A DNA stretch of 46,584 bases from a virus (lineage: Duplodnaviria; Caudoviricetes): positions 1-46,584 of IMG/VR virus record IMGVR_UViG_3300012940_000038; one strand, written 5' to 3'. Within the stretch, counting starts at the first letter, position 1. Each line of letters begins with the position of its first letter. The notes beneath the pieces are model-generated. The model saw nothing but the letters and a program-made list of their open reading frames with translations. It was not told where the DNA came from and ran no database searches. Below, in pieces: positions 17,489-27,978 of this stretch. The position numbers were made by a program, and so were the translations under genes.

Positions 17489-17904
17489 CGAAGATAGAAA
17501 AGGTCTCGCGAGAAGAAATTGAACGCTTGATTTCTTCTGGAGAATGGGGGACGCTAGACGATACTCAAAGGGCCCGTCTTGCATCTTCTCTCAGTGCTAC
17601 CACAAAGTTCTGGGTCGGCCTCGTGAATAACGATCTCATCTGTGCCTTCGGGATTGCGACGCCGACGCTGATCTCCAACCGTGCGTACTTCTGGGTCTGG
17701 ACGACTGAAAAGCTGAAAGACCATCTGTTCATCTTCACCCGTCGTTCGCAGATAGTTGTGAAGACCTTGCTTGAGGAAGTCGACGCGTTGTACGGCTATT
17801 GCGACACTTCTATCCCTGGCAGCCAACGTTGGCTCAAATGGCTGGGTGCGGAGTTCGAGGAGCCAGAAGGCGAAATGATTCCATTTGAGATTCGGAGGGC
17901 CTAA
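17485..17904 (+). CDS. acetyltransferase-like internal virion protein A (gp13-like)
   Basis: Follows the nozzle gene, with an SQRWLKWLGAEF motif. ATGA overlap gives start 17485. Confidence 0.65.
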   Translation: MTKIEKVSREEIERLISSGEWGTLDDTQRARLASSLSATTKFWVGLVNNDLICAFGIATPTLISNRAYFWVWTTEKLKDHLFIFTRRSQIVVKTLLEEVDALYGYCDTSIPGSQRWLKWLGAEFEEPEGEMIPFEIRRA

Positions 17905-18497
17905 TGGCCGCGTTGCCAGCAATTGCGATTGGTACCTCTGTTGCCGGCGGTCTTGTTAGCGCCTTTGGTCGAGCGCAGCAGGGCCAAGCCGAAGCCAACA
18001 TGTACAACTACCGCGCCGGACTTGCGGATATTAATGCCAGGATTGCGGCTCAGAATGCTGAGTATGCAATGAACTCTGGGCAGATGGAAGCTGCTCGGCG
18101 GGGCATGAAGACCGGTCAACAGGTAGGTGCGACTAGGGCCAAGTTTGGCGCCTCCAACATCGCCGTAGGTGAAGGCTCTGCAGCAGACGTTGAGGGTTCG
18201 ATCAAACAGATTGGCGCAATCGACAATGCGACGATCTTGAACAACGCCGCTCGGGTGGCCTACGGCTATCAGGTCACCGAGCAACAAGAGAAGACCCAGG
18301 CATCTATGTATCGGTCTGCGGCTGAGGACACGAAGAAGGCCGCAAAGATCGGTGTGATTGGCAGCCTTCTTTCCACAGCTGGTTCGGTCGCTGGTAAATG
18401 GTCCCAGTATTCTCAGACCTTCGGTTCTGGCTCCAGCGGATCATCCGGTTCCGACTTTGATCCCACATACTCTAACTACGGATTTGGGTATACCTGA
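17904..18497 (+). CDS. internal virion/ejection protein (gp14-like)
   Basis: Ala/Gly/Gln-rich with hydrophobic termini. Position in the operon. Confidence 0.75.
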   Translation: MAALPAIAIGTSVAGGLVSAFGRAQQGQAEANMYNYRAGLADINARIAAQNAEYAMNSGQMEAARRGMKTGQQVGATRAKFGASNIAVGEGSAADVEGSIKQIGAIDNATILNNAARVAYGYQVTEQQEKTQASMYRSAAEDTKKAAKIGVIGSLLSTAGSVAGKWSQYSQTFGSGSSGSSGSDFDPTYSNYGFGYT

Positions 18498-20236
18498 TGC
18501 CACAAGTTCCCTACACAGGTGTTCCTGAGGAAAGCCCGACTAAGCAAGGTGTGCCTGGGTTTCAGCTAGCAACTCCGGGCGCTGCCTTTGGCGGTTCCTC
18601 TGCCGCAGCCACTGAACGACTTGGTGGCGAAATGCGTCAGGTCGGGGATGAACTGTTCGCCCGCGCCATCGCGATGAAGCAGCTGGATAACGAAGCCACT
18701 GCCCGCGACGCTGACGTTCAGTACATGATCGAATCCGGCAAGCTCCATGCCGAGTTCTCTTCTCTGGAAGGTCAGGCAGCCGTTGCGGCCTACCCGAAAT
18801 ACGCGCGTGATCTCCAGGAACTCCAGAAGAAGATTCGCAACGGGCTGGACAATGACCAAGCCCGGAAGATGTTCGATTCGTATTCCAAGAATACGATGGG
18901 GCGAGCGATCTTCAATGGCGCCGGTCGCGCTGCGTCTGAGAATCGTCAGTGGAATCTTAACTCAGCAAAGGCACAGGTAGAGCTTGATCTTCAAGCATTG
19001 GAAGACGATCCTAACAATGAGGCTCTGTTCCAAGACAAGCTTACACGTATCAGGACCAGCACCCGTCAGCAAGCAGCAATCCAAGGTGCGCCGGAAGGGC
19101 CTATCGCGGATGCCGCGGAAAAGACCGCTGTTAGTAAAGCCTGGGCTTCAAGACTGATTGGTATGTCGCGGACTGATCCGATCAAGGCGACGGAGCAGTT
19201 GGCGAAGGCCAAGAAGTTCTTGAATGAAAACGACTACCTCCGGGTGGATCAAACTGTTCGGTCCTCGGCACGTGCCGTTGGTGCCGCTAACATCGCCAAC
19301 GATGTCTGGCTTGGTGGCCAAGAGTCGCCAACCGCTCCGGCGAAGTCGTTGAAGGAAATGGAGGCTGAGGCCGAAGCTAAGGCAAAGAAGCTCTTTCCTG
19401 AGGACCCGATTGCGGCTCAACATGCTGTCACAACGCTTCGCGGAAAGTACAACCAGGCGAAGTATGCGGAGAAGCAGGAGCAGCAAGAGAACTTGAGCAT
19501 CGTCAATGACGCCATCCTTCAGGGGGTCAAGGATGAACAACAGCTTCGTGCCAACCCCAAGGTAGCAGCGGCGATCGATGCCTTGCCAGAGAAGGAACGT
19601 CTGGCTCTGCCTGGCCGCATCAATCGGTACAACGAATCCCGGAACAAGGCCGCGAACGAAGAAGCTTACACGACCCTCCGCGGAATGGCGAACAACGACG
19701 TTGAGCAGTTCCTCAACCAAGACTTCACCGACGAGAAGTGGAAGCTCAACCAGAGTCAAATCCGCAATCTCAATGACATCCGGGCGAGGATCGCTAAGCA
19801 AGCCAGTTCTGATCCGCGAGTGAATAAGGCTCAAGGGCTGATCCGTGGCAGCTACGCCGCGCAGCTTGAGGCCCTTGGTATCTACCGCCGAACCGAAACA
19901 AATAAAGATGACTACGATCATTACACTGGTGCGTTGCAGGCTGCGCTGGATGATTATCTTGAGGCAAATAAGAAACCAGCGGATGACAAGACCATCCTGA
20001 ATGAGATCGCGCCTAAGGTCTTGCAGCAACGGACTGAGCCGGCTTGGTTCGGTTTGACCACGCGCCAGACGCCGTTCTTCAAACAAGATGTTCCGGAAGG
20101 CTTTGCGGCAGCGGCCAGGGCGTCGGCAGCCAGGAATGGCGAAGCCGTGCCGACGGACGCGCAAATCTATCAGTCCTATCTCCGCTTCCAGTGGAAGAAG
20201 CTTCAATCAGGCCCCACACCCCCGACATCTAAATGA
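18497..20236 (+). CDS. internal virion/ejection protein (gp15-like)
   Basis: 579 aa, helical, MPQVPY start. Position in the operon. Confidence 0.7.
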   Translation: MPQVPYTGVPEESPTKQGVPGFQLATPGAAFGGSSAAATERLGGEMRQVGDELFARAIAMKQLDNEATARDADVQYMIESGKLHAEFSSLEGQAAVAAYPKYARDLQELQKKIRNGLDNDQARKMFDSYSKNTMGRAIFNGAGRAASENRQWNLNSAKAQVELDLQALEDDPNNEALFQDKLTRIRTSTRQQAAIQGAPEGPIADAAEKTAVSKAWASRLIGMSRTDPIKATEQLAKAKKFLNENDYLRVDQTVRSSARAVGAANIANDVWLGGQESPTAPAKSLKEMEAEAEAKAKKLFPEDPIAAQHAVTTLRGKYNQAKYAEKQEQQENLSIVNDAILQGVKDEQQLRANPKVAAAIDALPEKERLALPGRINRYNESRNKAANEEAYTTLRGMANNDVEQFLNQDFTDEKWKLNQSQIRNLNDIRARIAKQASSDPRVNKAQGLIRGSYAAQLEALGIYRRTETNKDDYDHYTGALQAALDDYLEANKKPADDKTILNEIAPKVLQQRTEPAWFGLTTRQTPFFKQDVPEGFAAAARASAARNGEAVPTDAQIYQSYLRFQWKKLQSGPTPPTSK

Positions 20237-23200
20237 CCTCTGAATACGAACAATTCTTCGAAGTAGATCGTGCACAGGCGGCTTCTACGGCCGTCTTTGC
20301 TTTAAACGATAAGCCTGACGAGGCCGCTCGAGCTCAGGAACTGGGCGACGTTACTGGCGTCAATCCTGCGCTTATCTATCCCAATGTGAAGCAGTTTGAG
20401 GACCAGCAAAAGGCCCTCGTCACAAAAAGATTGTTCGACCAAAACAGGTTCCTGCGGGAATACGTCTCCAATGATCCCTTGGCGGCCAAGGTGTCTAACG
20501 ACGATTGGGGACAGTTGGACGTTGTCACCGAGGCGGTGCAGAAGCACAATAAGGAATCGATCCTTGTAAATGCCCTACGTGGATTTGCTGAGGGCTTTGG
20601 TGAGGGCGGCCTCGGGGCTACCTGGATCAAGCCTGAGGACATGGAGAAGGCGCCTCTAGCAGCTTCGGCATGGTCGGTTCTGGGTGCACCGATCGAAGGC
20701 TTCTTCCGCTTTGGCTCTGGCGCAATCACCGGTATTGCACGGGCAGCCGAGGCAGCGGCGGTGAAGGCTGGGTTGAGCCCTGATGACGCTAAGACCCAGG
20801 CGGACAACTTCATCCATGCCGCAGGCGATCCTGGCTTGTGGGCGTCCCTTGGGCCTGTGCTTCACACCGTTGGCCAGCCATTCATGATGGCAGCGCACAA
20901 TGCTGCGTTGCGTGAGGCCGCTAAGATCGAACCATTCACCAGGGACGGTCGCATTCCGCCTCCTGGGATTTCGCCAATCACCGACGCGTTGCATGTAGCC
21001 CAGGCCGAATCGGATGCCGCGACCCTACAGGCGGCCCTAAAGGAATCCGTTGCCTCCGCTACGCGTGAACGGTCCCCTGAGTCGTTCAAGCGATTCATGG
21101 ACCACGTTGTTGGGGATACTGAGATCGGCATCACCCCTGATGCTGTCCGCCGGTTGTATGGCGAGAAGATGCCAGAAGCCGGCGATAACATCCTCGGCTG
21201 GGTTCCGGACATTCAACAGAAGCTGGAAATCGCCGAGGCAACCGGCACTGATATTCGGGTTCCTCTTGCGGATTGGCTTGCCAAAGTCGATCCGACGGTC
21301 GCTAAGGAACTGGAGAATGATGTCCGGGCAAGGCCCAATGGCCTAACGTTAGAAGAGGCAAAGACATTTCCAACCGAAGATTTTGGCAATAAGACTGGGT
21401 TCTCCAAATCGGAACTAAAAGAACTACTTGATGCAGAGGACGCCCAACTCGTCAATATGTGGAATGAAGTACAGGAGGCCAAGGATAAGGCCCTTCCTGA
21501 AGGAACTATGTATACGAAGCAACTGCAAGCCTACGCCAAGCAGTTGGATGAACTTGGCGTTCTTAATCTTTCCTCTGAGGCTGAAGTAAGACAGGCTCTT
21601 TTGGACAGGCGTCTTCGTGGTGAGACTGTTCAGGCAACCGGTGGCGAGATTATTGATCTCGCTCCGAATGTGGCTGATGAATTAGTGACCTCTGTTCGCG
21701 AGGCCACGGGTGTCGAGCGAGTATTGACTGAACAAAGGATTCAGGAGAAGCAACTCGAACTCCCTGTTGAAGGCACCACCCGTCTCGAGGACCGTGACAT
21801 CTTCGAGAAGGCCTCGGCTATTGGCATGACTGTTGATCAATATCAACGGTATCAGGCATTGATTGAAAAGCGTGCAGCTGAGGATTTGCAGGCCCAGACC
21901 AAGCGGCTTATGGCAGCCGAGAGGCGTCGCCAGACTGCGGATTGGAAAGCCAAGCTTGCGGATATCCGTGGCGAGGTTACCAAGGAAATCGAGGCCCTGC
22001 CTGAGTTCGAGATTGATGCCGCTCTGCGGAATGGTGAGTTCAAGCTCCGCGAAGAATTCCTCACCGAAGAGCAGAAGGCCCTGCTGCCGAAGAATTGGGT
22101 AGCCGCCAGAGGCATCCACCCCGACGACCTTGCGCAACTCTATGGCGTTGAAACCGGCGCCGAGGCTGTGGCCCAACTCGCCAACATGGTGGAACAGCGG
22201 AAGGCCTCCGGTCTGCGTCCGATCGAATTCACCCGTGAGGTCATTCGCCGAGAAGCCGAACGGCGGATGGAAGAGCGGTATGGGAAGCTTGAGGAGAAGA
22301 TCATTGAGGAAGTGAAGGATCAAATCCTCACCCAAACCCAACTTGATCTTCTGCACGAGGAAACTCTGGCTGCGGCTACCCGCGCCGGGACCGAGCTTCC
22401 TATTTCCAAGGAACAAATCCTGGATGGTGTGCGAGACGCGGTCAATCGCACGACCATGAAGGAGATCAGTTCCGACCGCTTCATGGCAGATGCTGGGCGG
22501 GCCGGTAAGAAGGCTGAAATGGCCCTTCTCAAGGGCGATGCGGCTGAGGCGTTCCGCCAGAAGCAGCGCCAGTATTTGGCTGTTGCCATGGCTGCCGAGG
22601 CTCGCCTCTTGGAAAAGGATATGGCCGCCCTGGATAAGACGGCGAAGCCTTACGAAGCTCGGGATATGGGTCCGAAGGTTGACCCGGCCGGGCGGTTCTA
22701 TATCCAAGGTCTGCTCCAGCAAGCTGGCTATAAGGTCAAGCTCCTGCCTGAGGAGATCACCAAGGAGATCGAGGCCTATGGCCATGGGTCCCTTGCGGAC
22801 TTTGCGGCCTATAAGCAGGGATATGGTTGGGAACCGGCGGTTGCGGATTGGCTTCTGGAAAAGGGCGCTAAGCCGATTAAGGAAATGACGGCCGAGGAAT
22901 TTCGTGGCTTCAAGGATGCCATCGACTCCCTGAACTTCATTGCTAGGGAGGAACAGAAGATCGAAATCGCTGGCGCTAAGCAGGACTTTGCGGACTACAA
23001 GCGCAGTGTTATTAATAACTTGAAGGAACGCCCGGTAAGGCCGATCGAGGAACTTGAGAAGGGCGGTAAATGGCTCTATCGCCTCGACGCCCCTATGACG
23101 CGCATGGAAGAGATCGTCAAGGACATCGACCTTCGAAAGGACCTTGGGCCGCTTTACCAAGGCCTGATCGTTCCGTTCGAGCAGTCCAAGGCCAAGTCCT

Positions 23201-25035
23201 ATCAGATGCTTAAGGACCTCGCTGCGCAGTTTAATAAGATCGATGGCTTTGATAAAAAATGGCAGCGCTCATTGGACGTCGCCATCCCCAATGACTTCGT
23301 CTTCGATACCTACAATCAGTCGATGTTCCGGCTCACCCGCTGGAACATGATTAAGATGATGCTCAATTGGGGCAACGAATCAAACCGTGGGAAGCTTGTG
23401 GATGGCATCGCGGATGCTGCCTTTGGTGGCCGGGCTACGCCTGATCAGGCTCAGTTCATCCGGTCCAAGATCGAACGGCTCTTTAACCAACACGCCACAA
23501 AGGAAGACTGGACCTTTGTGCAGAAGGTCTGGGACATCTTCGAAGGCTACCGTGGCGAGGTTGAGACTCTTGAACGGAATATGGGCGGCCGGGTTCCTAA
23601 GTGGATTTCCGGCTCTGAGATTGAGACGCCACATGGGAAGTTCAAAGGTGGGTATTTCCCACTGATGCCGGACTTCAATCGAAACCCGAAGCTCCGATTG
23701 GAAGATGCGCCTGAAACTTCTGGGCCGCTGGGGAAGGACTACTTCCGGGCAACCACGAATCAGAACCACCTTATCGCGCGTAAGGGTGCCCGATACTTTG
23801 TGGACATCACCAACGGACCGGAACAGCTTGTCGGCCGGATGCAGCAGATTATCCACGATCTGTCCTTCCGGGACTTCGTGAAGCAGGCTGGTAAGATCAT
23901 CTACGATCCGGAGATCAGACATGCAATTAAGAAACACTACGGGCCGGAATATCTTGGTCAGATGGAACCTTGGTTGAAACGCGTTGCGAATATGGCAACA
24001 ATCAACGAGGCTGAGCTTCAATGGTTCAATGACATCCTCGGCAAGGCCCGTTTGAACCTAATCGCTGCCGCACTGCCGCTGAACTACTCGGTTATGCTCT
24101 CTCCCTCTCTCGGCACCTTGAACCCTGCGGCGATGTTCCGGTTCAACTCCAATCGTACTGCGAACATGAAGATGGTGATGGAGAATTCGAAGGAAATCCC
24201 GAACCTCCTTTACACCCTGGATCGTGACATCAACAACGCCTTACGGACTCAGCTTGGTAAGCAAGGCTGGACCTCGTTCCAGCTTCATGCCATGGAGACG
24301 ATGTTCAAGCCCTTGATCTGGATTGAACAACAGTTCCGTATGGTGACCTTCTATGACGAATTCACCAAGCAGAAGGCCAAGGGCCTGACAGACTTTGAAG
24401 CAGCCACCCTTGCCGACTCCCTTGTGCGTGAGCGTCATAGCGTCAGCCACACCGGCGATCTTCCGGCGATCCTTGCGTCGAAGAATGAGTTCGTGAAGAT
24501 GTCGACTGTCTTCATGGGATACTTCTCGACACAGCGGAATTGGATGAGGCAGGTTCCTGAACTGGCCCGCCAAGGGGAGTACTCTCAGGTCGCCAAGGTT
24601 CTTTGGGGCACCATGGGCATTGCCACGCTCTACAACGCCGCCCTGTTCACCAAGCGCAAGGAGAATGAAGGCTTCTTCCATTGGATGGGTCGGGCGGTTC
24701 TGTCGACCCCTCTGCAGATGGTTCCCTTTATCCGCGATGCCTGGAACTATGCCAGCGAAGGCTTCCAACCAACCTCGCCTGTGGCGGGCCTCATCACCTC
24801 GGTTTATGAAGTCGGCATGGACGGCTACACTGCTTTGAAAGGGAAGACCGTTAAGAAGCCTGCGAAACATATCCTCAATGCCGCTGGTCAGGTCCTCGGC
24901 CTTCCCGGTGCAATGCAGATCGGGCGCACTGGCGAGTTTATCCATGACGTTATCACCAAGGAACAACGGCCTCGTGACATCGTCGAATGGATGCGCGGCA
25001 TTGCAACCGGTGAAGCAAAGAGACAAAAGAGGTAA
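20233..25035 (+). CDS. large internal virion/ejection protein (gp16-like)
   Basis: 1600 aa helical protein with a GGYFPL motif and C-terminal hydrophobic stretches. Last gene before lysis. Confidence 0.75.
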   Translation: MTSEYEQFFEVDRAQAASTAVFALNDKPDEAARAQELGDVTGVNPALIYPNVKQFEDQQKALVTKRLFDQNRFLREYVSNDPLAAKVSNDDWGQLDVVTEAVQKHNKESILVNALRGFAEGFGEGGLGATWIKPEDMEKAPLAASAWSVLGAPIEGFFRFGSGAITGIARAAEAAAVKAGLSPDDAKTQADNFIHAAGDPGLWASLGPVLHTVGQPFMMAAHNAALREAAKIEPFTRDGRIPPPGISPITDALHVAQAESDAATLQAALKESVASATRERSPESFKRFMDHVVGDTEIGITPDAVRRLYGEKMPEAGDNILGWVPDIQQKLEIAEATGTDIRVPLADWLAKVDPTVAKELENDVRARPNGLTLEEAKTFPTEDFGNKTGFSKSELKELLDAEDAQLVNMWNEVQEAKDKALPEGTMYTKQLQAYAKQLDELGVLNLSSEAEVRQALLDRRLRGETVQATGGEIIDLAPNVADELVTSVREATGVERVLTEQRIQEKQLELPVEGTTRLEDRDIFEKASAIGMTVDQYQRYQALIEKRAAEDLQAQTKRLMAAERRRQTADWKAKLADIRGEVTKEIEALPEFEIDAALRNGEFKLREEFLTEEQKALLPKNWVAARGIHPDDLAQLYGVETGAEAVAQLANMVEQRKASGLRPIEFTREVIRREAERRMEERYGKLEEKIIEEVKDQILTQTQLDLLHEETLAAATRAGTELPISKEQILDGVRDAVNRTTMKEISSDRFMADAGRAGKKAEMALLKGDAAEAFRQKQRQYLAVAMAAEARLLEKDMAALDKTAKPYEARDMGPKVDPAGRFYIQGLLQQAGYKVKLLPEEITKEIEAYGHGSLADFAAYKQGYGWEPAVADWLLEKGAKPIKEMTAEEFRGFKDAIDSLNFIAREEQKIEIAGAKQDFADYKRSVINNLKERPVRPIEELEKGGKWLYRLDAPMTRMEEIVKDIDLRKDLGPLYQGLIVPFEQSKAKSYQMLKDLAAQFNKIDGFDKKWQRSLDVAIPNDFVFDTYNQSMFRLTRWNMIKMMLNWGNESNRGKLVDGIADAAFGGRATPDQAQFIRSKIERLFNQHATKEDWTFVQKVWDIFEGYRGEVETLERNMGGRVPKWISGSEIETPHGKFKGGYFPLMPDFNRNPKLRLEDAPETSGPLGKDYFRATTNQNHLIARKGARYFVDITNGPEQLVGRMQQIIHDLSFRDFVKQAGKIIYDPEIRHAIKKHYGPEYLGQMEPWLKRVANMATINEAELQWFNDILGKARLNLIAAALPLNYSVMLSPSLGTLNPAAMFRFNSNRTANMKMVMENSKEIPNLLYTLDRDINNALRTQLGKQGWTSFQLHAMETMFKPLIWIEQQFRMVTFYDEFTKQKAKGLTDFEAATLADSLVRERHSVSHTGDLPAILASKNEFVKMSTVFMGYFSTQRNWMRQVPELARQGEYSQVAKVLWGTMGIATLYNAALFTKRKENEGFFHWMGRAVLSTPLQMVPFIRDAWNYASEGFQPTSPVAGLITSVYEVGMDGYTALKGKTVKKPAKHILNAAGQVLGLPGAMQIGRTGEFIHDVITKEQRPRDIVEWMRGIATGEAKRQKR

Positions 25036-25037
25036 AC

Positions 25038-25670
25038 ATGAACTGGCGTTTAGCGGAAAGCCTTATCGTCCTTCGCAGGCAGCTTGATGAACGGTGGCCC
25101 AAACGCGATCGGGCCAGTGACGGGTCTATTGGCGACCAATCTCATGCGGCCAGGAAGTCGGATCACAACCCTGACAAGGATGGCGTCGTGACGGCGATCG
25201 ACATTGACCGTGACATCGCGCCTGGGGTCAACTCCCGGATGCTCGCAGAGGCCCTTGTGGCGTCTCGGGATCAGCGGATCAAATACATCATTTCCAACGC
25301 CCAGATTATCTCAGGCCCAGGTGGGCCGAGCCCTTGGGTATGGCGCCCTTACACAGGAGTGAATGCCCACAAGGAGCACATGCACATTTCGGTGAGGGAA
25401 GATCGCCGGGATGACAAGTCCCTGTGGCGGATTGTCATCAGCCCGACGGAACAGCTTCCGCTTCCTCTGGGGACACGCCCCACGATCCAGCTTGGATCGG
25501 CCGGAAGTGACGTCGAATTCCTCCAGCGGGTGCTCGGGAACCTCCGAGTTGACGGGGACTTTGGTCCTAAGACCAAGGCCGCTGTGGTGGAGTACCAACA
25601 GTCTGTGGGGCTTAAGCCTGATGGAATTGTTGGCTCGATGACTTGGAAAGCTCTCACAAAGGAGAAGTAG
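25038..25670 (+). CDS. endolysin (zinc-peptidase-like domain plus C-terminal peptidoglycan-binding domain)
   Basis: SDHNPD...AIDID...HKEHMHIS, followed by LGSAGSDVEFLQ...DGDFGPKT...DGIVGSMTW (PG_binding_1 pattern). Confidence 0.85.
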   Translation: MNWRLAESLIVLRRQLDERWPKRDRASDGSIGDQSHAARKSDHNPDKDGVVTAIDIDRDIAPGVNSRMLAEALVASRDQRIKYIISNAQIISGPGGPSPWVWRPYTGVNAHKEHMHISVREDRRDDKSLWRIVISPTEQLPLPLGTRPTIQLGSAGSDVEFLQRVLGNLRVDGDFGPKTKAAVVEYQQSVGLKPDGIVGSMTWKALTKEK

Positions 25671-25892
25671 ATGAATAAGAGTCAGGTCTCTGGTATCAGC
25701 GAACGGCTTGTGTACGGTGTGGCGGTTGCCATCGCTGGCCTTGGCGTTAAGTGGGGCTGGTACGACAATGAAATGGCCGCCTATGTTGCGGGCGGTTTGG
25801 TTGCTGCGGCTGGTGGTATCTGGGCATGGTGGATCAACCGTCCGCAGGCGCTGATGAAGGCCGCTATCGATTCCCAAACGAAGGACGCGTAG
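25671..25892 (+). CDS. putative holin
   Basis: 73 aa with two hydrophobic helices, directly after the endolysin. Confidence 0.65.
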   Translation: MNKSQVSGISERLVYGVAVAIAGLGVKWGWYDNEMAAYVAGGLVAAAGGIWAWWINRPQALMKAAIDSQTKDA

Positions 25893-25893
25893 A

Positions 25894-26292
25894 ATGAGGA
25901 AGCTGCTCTTTGTCGTAACTCTGTCCCTAGGTCTGACAGCCTGCCAGACCTTGGACAACATTTCAACAGCGGTAACAATCGCCACCTCTGGCGTCGCCAA
26001 TCCGGTGACCAAGAACGATTTGTATGCGTTTGAGAATTCCCTGATCGTCGCCTTTGCTGGTTTGAAGGCGTACCGTCAGGCCTGTCTCGCCGAGGCTGTA
26101 GACAAGAATTGTAAGGCCAACATCCGGGCCATGCAGGTCTACACCCGGCAAATCCCGCCCCTGCTGACGCAGTTGCGGAACTTCGTGAAGAACAATGATC
26201 AAGTCAATGCGGCGGTGATGTTCGCTCAGGTGAAACAGCTTTACACCAACTTCAAGAACATCGCTCTGGCAAACGGAGTGGCTGTACAATGA
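25894..26292 (+). CDS. lipoprotein in lysis cassette (spanin candidate)
   Basis: MRKLLFVVTLSLGLTA|C lipobox. Confidence 0.65.
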   Translation: MRKLLFVVTLSLGLTACQTLDNISTAVTIATSGVANPVTKNDLYAFENSLIVAFAGLKAYRQACLAEAVDKNCKANIRAMQVYTRQIPPLLTQLRNFVKNNDQVNAAVMFAQVKQLYTNFKNIALANGVAVQ

Positions 26293-26498
26293 ATGTCGTT
26301 GGGGTACTACAAATCATCGCCAAAGGCATTTCCATTGCGGAGGCCTTATACAAGGCTGGCATGGAAGCTGAACCTGCCTTCGAAGCCTTGAAGAACCTGA
26401 TCACCGGTGCCCAGGAAGGCAACGTGACAGACGCACAGCTGGAGGATACCGAAGCCCTTCTTGACCAAATGATCGAAGACTTCAACCTCGACATCTAG
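26289..26498 (+). CDS. small amphipathic/acidic protein
   Basis: ATGA overlap with the lipoprotein gene. Confidence 0.65.
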   Translation: MNVVGVLQIIAKGISIAEALYKAGMEAEPAFEALKNLITGAQEGNVTDAQLEDTEALLDQMIEDFNLDI

Positions 26499-26505
26499 GT
26501 CCATC

Positions 26506-26778
26506 ATGACCGAAATTACCCAACTCATCCTTGCCATCATTGGGGCAATTCTCGTCTGGACCACGTCGATTATTGGAGGGATGGTTTGGTTGACGGGTAG
26601 GTTTCGAATGTTGGAGGCTTCGATCCACCGCGAATCAAACAAGAATCGCCAGATGTTTGAGGCTCAGTTGCATCTTCACTCCTCAAGGATTCAACGTCTG
26701 GAGATCAAAGCGTTTGGGTTTACGGCAACAAATGGCGGGGCGAGTATCCCGGATGATGGAGAGTCATTCCCCGGGTAA
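26506..26778 (+). CDS. single-pass membrane protein
   Basis: N-terminal TM helix followed by a short coiled coil. Overlaps the convergent gene by 15 nt. Confidence 0.6.
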   Translation: MTEITQLILAIIGAILVWTTSIIGGMVWLTGRFRMLEASIHRESNKNRQMFEAQLHLHSSRIQRLEIKAFGFTATNGGASIPDDGESFPG

Positions 26779-27966
26779 CCCTGCCTCAAAATAACGAATA
26801 CCCTTTACATTCCTTATGGAGCGGATCATACCAGACCGCTCCATAATTTCTATCACCCTCATCACAGACATCGCCGGAACAAGTTGTCGAGCCCGCTGAA
26901 CCAAGAGCGGCTCAGGCACACCATTGCCTTTGTTCATCACGAGACAGTAGTGGACAATCTCGTCCATGGCCTTCGAATCCGCACCCGACACACCGGCCTT
27001 GAAGATTTCACCCATGTCGGCTTCGGCCCCAAGAAGCCAGCCCATGGCGCGGTTGAAATCGTCTTTAGTCAGGAGGAGTGTGTTTGACCGATCCACGCAA
27101 CTAACCATGGACAGTTTGAACAGATGGGTGAGTCGGCGGGTATTGTAATGGAGAAGCTTGGGATGGGTTGGTAGCGGAGGTTGACCAAGTTTTCGCCAGT
27201 TGTTAATCGCGTCTTTGTAATCTTGAGTGACTTGGAAGGGGCCACTAAGACCTGATATAATTCGTAGGTCATGCAGCATCGGTTCGGGCAACCCCCGCTT
27301 TTCATGGGAAAAGATGTCGGTGATAATTCGTTCATCGGAGAACACCATGATAACACGGGATGTGAGCCCTTGGTCCCAAGCATTCTCAGGCATAAACTTG
27401 AGAAGGTTGGACGGGGTCGTGCCTGTGAGGATGGAAAGCTGGGGATGCTTGATCTTAATCTTCAAATCCCCGCCGCGCCGGCGTTGGGCATAGGGGATCA
27501 CAACGTCATAGAAGGTCGTCAGATTGCCGACCATTTCGTCGTCATACTTATGCATGAACGCCGAGAGTTCGTCGGCACAGATCATCATGGAATTGTATTC
27601 AAGTGGTGGATCAGGGAGGCGGATAATGGACCGTTTAGCTTCCACAAGTGCATCAACGAGGGATGCTGCGGACATGGAAGTAGGACTAAAGTGGAAGTCG
27701 GGTACCTCGCGGAGAAACGCCGAAGCTGCGTTGATAGTCCGTGTTTTGCCGACCCCCGGATGGCCGACAAGGAATACGTATAGATTAGGATAAAGTGGGG
27801 CAGACGTTTGCAGCCACACCTTTTGTTCCAGTGCCGCGGCGATGGTTGTGATCGCCGCCCACCGGCGGAATTGTTCTGCACTTTCGAGATTGTCTGCATG
27901 TTTGATAAATGCCTCCACCCATCCATCTTTGCATTTACGTTCACCGAAGCCGTTGACGCCTGTCAT
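26764..27966 (-). CDS. DUF3987-type P-loop ATPase (putative replicative helicase)
   Basis: YPNLYVFLVGHPGVGKT (Walker A), ICADELSAF (Walker B), LSILTGTTP and GLTSRVI. Confidence 0.75.
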   Translation of the reverse strand: MTGVNGFGERKCKDGWVEAFIKHADNLESAEQFRRWAAITTIAAALEQKVWLQTSAPLYPNLYVFLVGHPGVGKTRTINAASAFLREVPDFHFSPTSMSAASLVDALVEAKRSIIRLPDPPLEYNSMMICADELSAFMHKYDDEMVGNLTTFYDVVIPYAQRRRGGDLKIKIKHPQLSILTGTTPSNLLKFMPENAWDQGLTSRVIMVFSDERIITDIFSHEKRGLPEPMLHDLRIISGLSGPFQVTQDYKDAINNWRKLGQPPLPTHPKLLHYNTRRLTHLFKLSMVSCVDRSNTLLLTKDDFNRAMGWLLGAEADMGEIFKAGVSGADSKAMDEIVHYCLVMNKGNGVPEPLLVQRARQLVPAMSVMRVIEIMERSGMIRSIRNVKGIRYFEAGLPGE

Positions 27967-27978
27967 TGTTCCCCCGAA

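Noticed and set aside
21682-23160. 492 aa antisense ORF, and similar ones at 19148-20206, 6318-7061, 7417-8130, 24241-25026 and 42751-43506
   Set aside because: They lie opposite well-supported genes and have no motifs. They are expected shadows of biased codon usage in GC-rich DNA.
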